Assembly: GCF_964355755.1 (NCBI RefSeq)
Contig: NC_092676.1
Coordinates: forward strand, 15,828,871-15,892,870
Length of the DNA stretch: 64,000 bases
Direction: 5' to 3'
Origin: Antedon mediterranea
Taxonomy: Eukaryota > Animalia > Echinodermata
Both the position numbers and the translations under genes were made by a program. Below the pieces are notes generated by a model. The model saw nothing but the letters and a program-made list of their open reading frames with translations. It searched no databases and had not been told where the DNA came from. Of this stretch, positions 1 to 14,500 are shown piece by piece; within the stretch, counting starts at the first letter, position 1, and each line of letters starts with the position of its first letter.

Positions 1-345
1 TCGCTTGTGATTGGTCAAATCCCTTACGCTGAGTTACGTCGTGTTGCGTCTCTAGTGGGAACCAAGCATTAAGCTTGGTTTCTAACGCGTGGTTCCCACT
101 AGCGACGCAACACAAGGACGTAACGCAACGCAAGTTAATTGACCAATCACAAGCGATGGCTTATTCGCTTGTGATTGCTAACTGTCTATAACTTCGCTTG
201 TCATTGGTAAAAACGCTTGCGTTGCGTTTACGTCCTTGCGTTACGTTCTATTGGGAACCAAGCTTAATATATGACTAATCACAAGCTATTGGTTAATGCG
301 AACTTTCGCTTGTCATTAGTCAACTCGCTTGCGTTGCGTCTAGGC
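1..345. mobile_element. Cluster of MITE-like palindromic elements in ferritin intron 3
   Basis: Arms GGTTCCCACTAGCGACGCAAC...TTGACCAATCACAAGCGA (91-156) and the reverse complement TCGCTTGT(G/C)ATTGG...GGGAACCAAGC recur at 1-67 and ~194-263, with a partial copy at ~306-340. TTAA lies next to the termini. Confidence 0.7.
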
Positions 346-439
346 TTTTATTTAGCCTGAATGGTGAATACAGTCACTGATCACGATGGAGCTGCCAAAA
401 CTGAAAGAACAAGACAAAATGTGTCAAAAGCGTACTTAC

Positions 440-1200
440 ATGTGTGTCAGTATGTTTTACTGCTGTCTTATGAATGTCAATCCATGATTGATTAATATGC
501 CTCTGAAGATCAACTGCAGAGTTCATAGCGTCCAAAGCTGTACCCCATTCATCTTTGACGGGTTTCTATGATAAAAACATTGTTAATAAATAATTAACAG
601 ATACATACAGGTTGGTCCCACTACACAATAGCGTACGGTACGTATCGCATTTATGTTTAGGCGCCACAATCTCCATTACTCTTAATGCCCATGAATCGAA
701 TTGGGCTGAGCACATAATTTGTTGATGACGTGACGGCGGTCTTGCAACTTCTCACAAAAAAAAAAAATGGGGAAACGTTTTAATCGGCCACATAAAGTTT
801 AATCTTTAATATAACAATGATAAAAATGGCGAGCGATTTGTTCTATATTTCACTTACACTGATTTCGTTTAATACCACTCTGCCCCCTCGTTTATTTTGG
901 TATTTCATAAGCTTCATTGCATTTTCTCTTTTCTCACTCGAGTTGTTTTTGAAAAATGTAAAGCAGCCTTTTAATGCTACGTCATCACGGTCAAAATGAA
1001 ATGCCTGGAAAAACAAACGTGTGCATAGATAACATGGTGCACATGGTATTTGCCTGAAACTACTACAGTATAGGAGAGGCAATAACGGATATCAAACTTA
1101 CTAATGATAAATATGTATATGCGGCGTAAATGTCCAAGTTGATATGTTTATTGATAGCAGATTCTTCATCCTCGTGATAATTCTGTCGACAGAGAGACAT
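440..1200 (-). CDS. Ferritin, exons 1-3 (1200-1102, 1004-858, 565-440); exon 4 not seen in window
   Basis: Spliced translation [33 protein letters not shown]|[49 protein letters not shown]|[42 protein letters not shown] has the ferritin motifs [19 protein letters not shown] and EWG. All donors are GTAAGT and the phase-0 introns sit at canonical animal ferritin positions. Confidence 0.92.
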
Positions 1201-2384
1201 TTCCTTACCCGGCCTGACCAAACTGAAATACGTCTTGTCAAATGTATGAAATACAGAATACACCACGTCTCACTCCGTAATTTTGAATGTTTTCTCCTCA
1301 GCTGCATACACAGTTCACATGCAAATGAGGGGTTTTTGAATACTTAAAAGAACAGAGACGATAAATACTGTTCGTCACGATAATCGATTGCTAAACTATT
1401 ATTTTTTTCTTTTACTTTATTAATTGTCAAGTGTATGAGTTTTTCTGGTTGTAAATTTAAATATAATTTTTTTTTGGTTTGTGGTCGTGATACAACATGA
1501 TTGAATTATTCAAAACTATATAACTTTAGTGTTAGTGTCGTAGAACAGTATTAAAACCTTATTTTAATATATGACTAATTAAATGTACGAGCATGCGTTT
1601 CAGTATAAACGAGCGCTGTGATGGATATATTATTAAATGAGAGGCAACAATGTTGACAATAATATAATGATGATGTTGCCTCTCGTTTTTATGTTTATTA
1701 TTAAATGAAAGCAGACATAATTAGTTAAGAGTTAACTAATGGTGAATAATATACAGTACATAAATAATGGGATCGATATTTCGGTGTGTAGGTGTTTCTG
1801 TACTGTTGTGAGGCCTATTGAAAGTATAAGCACATACTTACATCGAAAACAAAGCTTAACACTCTTACATTCCTTCCTTGTGGTAAAGAGATTAAGTGTA
1901 TGCGAGATGAAATATGAGTTTTAATATTCTGAATTCGATAAATTTAGAAAGTCCGGCGTGTTCTGCCAGTTGCGCCAGCACCGTGTAATGAGTAACCGGC
2001 AAACAATGACGTAATAGCAATAACATAGCTCGTCCTTATACCAATGACGTAACACCCGAAAAATTACATTTTCAAATGTGACCCAACAGAAAAAGAAACA
2101 TAATTTTGGCGTGTATTTAACATAGAATTACTGTGATAGAGCATCTTCCCTCTCTGAAATGTGTAGCTATGTCAGACAAGGGACACAGGGAGTGTGAATG
2201 ATCGAATATGCGATTTCTCTTTACATAACCGAATGTAATTTAGTGTTCTGTATTTGCCTTTAATTGCTGCGCATGCGTCCGGGAAAATTGCGTCTAGTGT
2301 ATTGTAATGAATGCGTGCGTCAATAGCCAACACAGTTAAATGAGTCTTTACTGCTCATGCATCAGCGATATAAATATATAAAAA

Positions 2385-2934
2385 AGACTGAACATTGGTT
2401 AAGTTCAGAAAGTACTTTGAAAGAAGAATCTACTTCCTACGTAGACTTAAATCATTTGGTATAAACTCTGAAATAATGTCGTCCTTCTATAGGTCAGTTA
2501 TAGAGAGTGTAATAACGTATTCTTTAACGGTATGCCGAAAATGAAAAGCGTGACCTAAATAGAATAGTCAAGACCGCATCGCGTATAATTGGATCTACAC
2601 AACTGCCTTTGGAGAACATATTTTCGGATCGTCTTCTGAAAAAGGCAGTGGCTATCAAAGATGATCAATTTCATCCGGCCTCTAGTATGTTCCAGTTGAT
2701 GCGCAGCGGTCGGCGATTTCGTTCTATTAAGGCCAATAAGGCACGATTTACAAATAGTTTCTTTCCCGGATCTATTAGAGCCTTAAATATGATGTAGACA
2801 CTTTTTTTTTGTAATGTTTTTGTTTTTGAGTTCGTGTTGTGTCCGTTGGATATTGTGCTCCGCCAACAGAGCAAACAGAATTTCTATGTTTTTCCTAAAA
2901 CAAATGATAATAAATGATACTTGACTTGACTTGA
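2385..2934 (+). mobile_element. 5'-truncated, degenerate non-LTR retrotransposon 3' end (L2/Rex1-Babar-like)
   Basis: Peptides RIYFLRRLKSFGINSEIMSSFYRSVIESVITY and HPASSMFQLMRSGRRFRSIKANKARFTNSFFPGSIRALN are typical of the C-terminus of L2/Rex-type ORF2. They are frameshifted and followed by AATAAA and a (CTTGA)n tail at ~2920-2934. Confidence 0.75.
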
Positions 2935-3245
2935 ACTATTTTACATTCACACTTTTTAATTTTCCATTATTAATTTTATTACAGCATCGTATTCCGTTCC
3001 GTGAAACAAAACAAAGTGTGAAATGTAATTTGGCCCTGCTTGGACACGCCATTGCCTTTCAATTGGCCATAGGCCTAATCTCCATTTTTATTCAATTATA
3101 TTTATCGATCACATTATGAAAAGAATTAGAAAATATTTATATATGCATATCTCTCATCAACTTTCATAACAATGCTAACATTAAATATCAATTAAAGGTT
3201 GCAATATAATAAAGTTTAATTCTACAATATTCTGATGAGTTCATT

Positions 3246-7122
<3,877 letters not shown>

Positions 7123-7219
7123 TGTTGCGAACGACGATCACTCGATATACTATTTAATTGTATATCGACGATATTGTCATTAGAAATGTGTAGATTAATG
7201 GATTCGTCCACTTATGTTG

Positions 7220-7586
7220 TTACCGTTACGCCCCAGGGTGTTTATTGTTCTGGAGTAGGGCGTTTATTCGAGGAAGGCGTTTATTTTTTGGGGTAAAAAA
7301 TGGTAGCTTGTATAACAAATAAATATGAAAAAATACAACACAATTAATAATAATAATAATACAGTCAAAATACTTGGTCGATCAATTGTAGATCATGGAA
7401 TGATTTCTACTACAAATAAAAATGTGTTATAATAAATTACTGTATATGCATGCGGCGAGGCGTTTATTTGAAAAAAAAAAAATAAAGGCCCGGGCCGTTT
7501 ATTTGAGGAGGAGTTTATTCCAAACGATGTTATGGGGGGTGGGGGGGGGGGGGGGTGAACGTTTATTCGAGAGAGGCGTTTATTAT
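7220..7586. mobile_element. Degenerate non-autonomous repeat with GGCGTTTATT(C/T)GA motifs and a poly-G run
   Basis: The motif (G)GCGTTTATT recurs about 8 times, clustered at both ends (7236-7285 and 7458-7586). Confidence 0.45.
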
Positions 7587-8085
7587 TAAGCTAGGTTCGC
7601 ACGCAGACAGTTCGAGTGTGCGTCGTGATTGGTTAAATTATCTGCATTCGTCGTCATTCTTGCGTTGCGGAATGTAGCTAGAACACATCATAAAATAACT
7701 CTAATGTTGCTATAAAAATTTGTATAAACCTTGAATATCCCTACAAACATGTTACTTCTGTACTAAAACAAACCATTGGGGTAAAAAACACACAGATGTT
7801 TACGTTTAGGTTTAAAAATATATATTTAATAACCACGGATGTAGTTATTTATATACATTCTTTCTGTCATAATTGATGAGAAAAAGCAAGAAATGGATCA
7901 TATAATAGGCTTACTTAGAGAATTTCAGATTTTGTTCACCATTTCAGGTAATACGCTCATTCCATGTTGATGCGAAACTAACTCCATGTTGAGTCACTAC
8001 AATTTTTAAAATAAAATCGCTTTACTTGAAGTGTTCTTTTATTTATGAAGATTTCAATTGATTAATTTAGGCCTATATTTAATTA

Positions 8086-8156
8086 CCTTAGAAATCCGCC
8101 TATTTTGTACTTCCGCCGCGATGATTCGAGTGTGATCTCGTATCGCGACGGAAGTA
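8086..8156 (-). promoter_or_regulatory. Candidate promoter / first non-coding exon of the BLVRB-like gene
   Basis: A CpG-rich patch has two inverted ETS-type CGGAAGT motifs (8109-8115, 8149-8155). There is a minus-strand donor AAG|GTAATT at ~8086 and a second candidate UTR exon at ~7997-7916 (TAG acceptor, GTAAGC donor). Confidence 0.35.
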
Positions 8157-8564
8157 TGTTTTTAGATAGATATTTGGATAGATAGGCCTATACGTACTAA
8201 TTTGGACAAAACACATTTAAATTAACTTTAGATCGTTTGTACGATTTTTATTAATTAATGGCAAGACGTGGAATCGTTGAAAAAATGGAATTAGCCTAGA
8301 TGAGTTCCAGTTGCCTGTCGATGTTTCGTAATGGTATCGCTGCCTTTTTAGCCTAAATAAATAACTAGGCCTAGCTAGGCGCGCTTTGAGCGGGTACAAA
8401 TAATGACATTTGAAACCTAGTTGAACATAACCTTTCATCATTCACCTCATGTCATTATGTGTACCAACACTCATAAACATTTCATTATTTGAATAATAAT
8501 TATAATTTCGTAATCTTTCAATGAAATAGAAAGTAGGCCTACAGTGTATTGATTTTGAATTTGT

Positions 8565-11500
8565 TTACTTTCTGCTATAATAGAAAAATAGACATAATAA
8601 TAATAATCCGATTAACATTAACAATAGGCCTATAATCATGTTGTTGTCAATACGAGGTTTCTTCTTTGAGGCACTCTCGCCGTCCAACTTCTGAAATAGA
8701 ATGAAATATTGAGTGTTCATGTGGAATTTTTAAAAAACGAAATGCGTTTACCTACATATATGTACCAACATTCAGTGCATACAAGAAGTTATTAGGTGAT
8801 AATGACTATGATAGTGACGATGGTGATGATGAGTGTGATAGTGACGATGGTGATAATTAGTGTGATAATGGTGATAATGAGTGTGATAGTGACGATGGTG
8901 ATAATGAGTGTGATAGTGACGGATGGTGATAATGAGTGTGGTAGTGACGATGGTGATAATGAGTGTGATAGTGACGATGGTGATAATGAATGTGGTAGTG
9001 ACGATGGTGATAATGAGTATGATATTGACGATGGTGATAATGAGTATGATATTGACGATGGTGATAATGAGTGTGATAGTGACGATGGTGATAATGTGTG
9101 TGGTAGTGACGATGGTGATAATGTGTGTGGTAGTGACAATGGTGATAATGAATATGATATTGACGATGGTGATAATGAGTGTGATAGTGACGATGGTGAT
9201 AATGGGTGTGATAGTGACAATGGTGATAATGAATATGATAGTGACGATGGTGATAATGAGTGTGATAGTGACGATGGTGATAATGTGTGTGGTAGTGACG
9301 ATGGTGATAATGTGTGTGGTAGTGACAATGGTGATAATGAATATGATATTGACGATGGTGATAATGAGTGTGATAGTGACGATGGTGATAATGGGTGTGA
9401 TAGTGACAATGGTGATAATGAATATGATAGTGACGATGGTGATAATGGGTGTGATAGTGACAATGGTGATAATGAATATGATAGTGACGATGGTGATAAT
9501 GACTATGATAGTGACAATGGTGATAATGAGTGTGATAGTGACGATGGTGATAATGAGTGTGATAGTGACGATGGTGATAATGTGTGTGGTAGTGACGATG
9601 GTGATAATGAATATGATAGTGACGATGGTGATAATGACTATGATAGTGACAATGGTGATAATGACGATGGTGATAATGAGTATGATAGTGACGATGGTGA
9701 TAATAAGTGTGGTAGTGCCGATGGTGATAATGAGTATGATAGTGACGATGGTGATAATGAGTGTAATAGTGACGATGGTGATAATGTGTGTGGTAGTGAC
9801 GATGGTGATAATGTGTGTGGTAGTGACAATGGTGATAATGAATATGATATTGACAATGGTGATAATGAATATGATAGTGATGATGGTGATAATGAGTGTG
9901 ATAATGACAATGATGATAATGAGTGTGGTAGTGACGATGGTGGTAATGTAATATGATAGTGACGATGGTGATAATGACTATGATAGTGACAATGGTGATA
10001 ATGACGATGGTGATAATGAGTATGATAGTGACAATGGTGATAATGACGATGGTGATAATGACTATGATAGTGACAATGGTGATAGTGACGATGGTGATAA
10101 TGAGTGTGATAGTGAGGATGGTGATAATGAGTGTGATAGTGACAGAGGGTGATAATGAGTGTGTTAGTGGCAATGGTGATAATAAGTGTGGTAGTGGCGA
10201 TGGTGATGATGAATATGATATTGACAATGGTGATAATGAGTGTGATAGTGACGATGGTGATAATGTGTGTGGTAGTGACGATGGTGATAATGTGTGTGGT
10301 AGTGACAATGGTGATAATGAATATGATATTGACAATGGTGATAATGAGTGTGATAGTGACGATGGTGATAATGACTATGATAGTGACAATGGTGATAATG
10401 ACGATGGTGATAATGAGTATGATAGTGACGATGGTAATGAATGATAGTGACTATGATGATAATGACTATGATAGTGACGATGGTGATAATAAGTGTGGTA
10501 GTGCCGATGGTGATAATGAGTATGATAGTGACGATGGTGATAATGAGTGTGATAGTGACGATGGTGATAATGAGTGTGATAGTGACGATGGTGATAATGA
10601 GTGTGATAGTAACGATGGTGATAATGAGTATGATAGTGACGATGGTGATGATGAGTGTGATAGTGACGGATGGTGATAATGAGTGTAATAGTGACGGATG
10701 GTGATAATGAGTGTGGTAGTGACGATGGTGATAATGAGTGTGATAGTGACGGATGGTGATAATGAGTGTAATAGTGACGGATGGTGATAATGAGTGTGGT
10801 AGTGACGATGGTGGTAATGTAATATGATAGTTACGATGGTGATAATGTGTGTGATAGTGACGATGGTGATAATGAATATGATAGTGATGATGGTGATAAT
10901 GAGTGTGATAATGACAATGATGATAATGAGTGTGGTAGTGACGATGGTGGTAATGTAATATGATAGTGACGATGGTGATAATGAGTGTGATAGTGACGGA
11001 TGGTGATAATGAGTGTGGTAGTGACGATGGTGGTAATGTAATATGATAGTGACGATGGTGATAATGAGTGTGGTAATGACGATGGTGATAATGTGTGTGA
11101 TAGTGACGATGGTGATAATGAATATGATAGTGACGATGGTGATAATGAGTGTGATAGTGACGATGGTGATGATGAGTATGATAGTGACGATAGTGATAAT
11201 GACTATAATAGTGACTCTTGAAAAAATTTCATTTAGCTTCGATTTTGTATAGATGACAAATTTCGTTTTTGTAAAAGCACAAGTTAACGGAGTACTTACT
11301 CGAACGTTTCGATCTCTATCGTTCGAGTAAGTACTCCGTTAACTTGTGCTTTTACAAAAACGAAATTTGTCATCTATACAAAATCGAAGCTAAATGAAAT
11401 TTTTTCAAGATTTAAGAGAAAAATATGGTCAAGAAACCATCAACATCGTACGCAAACAGGAAAATATCGCGAAGAAAATTTCACGGCAGAGAAATCACCG

Positions 11501-14500
11501 GGTATTCTCCCTTCATTGTAAGCGGTTGGACATTACCCCTCCGAGCCTGAAATTATATCGACCGATCAAATCGTCTAAAGCAGAGGAAATAATAAAACAT
11601 GCAGAAAGACAGCTTTTACGTGAGAGAATAAGAATCACCACCAACAAAATCACACAGTTAGAACAGGGGTGGCGCCAGGATCTTCCCGACGCGGGGGCTA
11701 CATTCCCCGACGAGGGGGCTATGCGAGCGAAGCGAGCATCACTAGGCTGGGGGCCAGGGGGCCGCCAAGGACCCCCGGTGGGGGTCCAGGGGGCGAAGCC
11801 CCCGTAAGCAACGCGTTCTAGCGTCATTTGAGGTCATTTTAATCAGATTTAGGGTAGCCATTTTTTCCATTTTTTATAATGCATAAATAAAATACTGCGT
11901 GCAAAAAAACGATGCGCGATGACTGTTTCAATCCATATTTTTCAATTTAAAAAATAAAAGTTCAAAGAAAATTTAGAAAAATAGAGTTGGAGGTCCCGGA
12001 AATTGAACTTATTATACTTCAAAACATGAAACAAAATATATAAGTCCCTATCATGGTTGTGACTGAGCTAAGAAATGTTTGAAAAATAGAGATGTTAGGT
12101 CCCGGAAAATGCACTTCTTGTACTTCGAAATATGACCAGCTTTATTGTTGGGGCTGAGCTAAGAAACTGTTTAAAACTAGAGCTGCAGGTCTTCAAAAAA
12201 TAGCATTTTATACTTTGGAAACATCAGGCCTAGAGGCTTAAAAAACGCAAGCGTAGACCTTTTTCAGTCAGGGAAATAAGTTTATTCCTCCCAAGTGTAT
12301 GCGTGCGTACCATCTGGACTTCCGAGTGGTGAGAAATTCATGACATACAGGACATTGAAAATGTAATAACTTAGCTATAATAAGATGTTGGCTAAGCGAA
12401 AATGGCATGTTTTTTTGTTTAGTAATGGATGAAAATTTTATTTTAGGTATCCCACGGTAAAGAAGGTTACTTGTAAATTAAAAAATTTGTGAACATACGA
12501 ACAATTAACATAATTCGTTTTTGCTGCTGTAGTGTAGCGTACGTCGACGCAGTACACGACGTAACCGTCAGTAAACTTCGCCTGGAAAATAACTACAGTA
12601 CACATTTTTGTCTCTGGATGGAACATGATATCACGCGTCTCGACCCAACGTTGAACGATTCGTACAAAGGGATACCGACAGACAAGTGCGAACCTAGCTA
12701 TTGTTTAGGAGTAAGTTAGATCGCTGGCAATAATGAATGCATATAAAGTGCATAATATCACTCTGACGTACTCTCACGGTCAATGAAACGTCGCGGTTTT
12801 CTAGGCGCTGAAGGTAGCTACGAAGTGAACGCGAACGCTTTTTACTGTATATTATAATTTATTCCCCGACAAAAAGTACCCGTGTTCCCTTCGGTAACCG
12901 TCGGTAAACTTCGCCTGGAAAATAACTACATTACACATTTTGGTCCCTGGATGGAACTTGATATCACGCGTGTTGACCCAACGTTGAACGATTCGTACAA
13001 AGGGATACCGCCAGACAAGTGCGTACCTAGCTAATGTTTAGTAGTAAGTTAGATCGCTGGCAATAAATGAATGCATAAAAGTGCATAATAGCCCTCTGAC
13101 GTACTCTCACGGTCAATGGAACGTGGTTTTCTAGGCGCTGAAGCTATATGAAGTGAACGCGAACATTTTTTACTGTATATTATATTCCCCGACAAAAAGT
13201 ACCCGTGTTCCCCGACGGGGGGGCTAGGCTCCCCGACGAGGGGGCTAGAGCCCCCGTAGCCCCCCCGCTGGCGCCACCACTGAGTTAGAAGGCAAAAAGA
13301 AAGATTTAAATGAGGAAATCGTATCGCTAATTCCCAACGGAGGGGACATCACCAATGTATGTAATCACGTAAACAAAGTGTGTGAAGCGGAATTCTTAAA
13401 ATGCCGATCACGACAACAAAACAAACTGTTGTGGTGGAAAAACAAAGCAGAAAACGCAGCTAGAGATTTACATCAAGAACAGGATTTATCCGGTAAGATC
13501 TTAAGAGAAAAATGGGTGGTAAATCTGTCTAGTAAGTTGGTTAGTGAAGACGAAATATCAGCATTACAAAGGGGATTGAACTATGCGGCGAGCCCACGAT
13601 CCATGCCCATTGACGATCTCATAGTAGCGGCTGAAAAAGCGGCTGATCTTGTCCCCCTGGAAGAACAAGACACCGTTCGCAGTAAAATTGTAGCTATTGT
13701 AAAATCTACCACTCTACCACCTTCAAATTTAACCCCCAAAGAACGAAAGGCCATAAACAACTTGAAGAAAGATAAATCTATTCTTATTCTCCCAGCGGAT
13801 AAAGGTAGATCTACTGTCATCCTAAATACTAATGATTACAAAGATAAAGTGGGAACCATGGTGAGCGACACTAATGTTTACGAACTGCTAAAACGTAATC
13901 CAACACAAAACTATAAACGAAAAGTGGTCAACATCATAGGCAGGTTGTTCAAAGAAAAGAAAATCAACTACAGAGAGAAAGAATGGCTGTTTCCCACGGC
14001 TGAAATTGTACCTAGGTTGTATTGTCTTCCGAAGATACATAAACCAAATTGGCCATTAAGACCTATAGTAGATAACATCAACACCGTTTTTTACACCGTT
14101 GCACAATTCCTCACCAAAATCCTGGGTCCGCTTGTCGGAAACACAGAACATCATGTAACTTACTCAGGAGAGTTGGCGAGTGAACTAAAAGAAATAATAG
14201 TCAAACCAAGTGAAACATTTGTCTCGTTTGACGTAGTATCTCTGTTTACAAAAACACCAGTAGAAGAGGCCCTCAAAGTTGTCGAAAATCGCCTAACAAC
14301 AGATCCGACACTTCTGGATAGAACTAAACTACATGTGACAGACATAATGGAGCTCCTCGGTTTAATTGTGAACAAAACCTATTTCTCGTTCAATGGTAAC
14401 ATTTATAGGCAAATACAAGGCATTGCTATGGGAAGCCCAATAAGTCCTATATTGGCGAACTTGTATCTAGAGTGGCTCGAACATCAAGCCATAAACACGG

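Noticed and set aside
1201-1350. Iron-responsive element upstream of ferritin
   Set aside because: No CAGTG loop with a flanking stem on the minus strand here; the true 5'UTR is unknown.
11394-11807. 137-aa ORF as an independent gene
   Set aside because: It is the Penelope N-terminus (90 codons) reading into the inserted hAT element.
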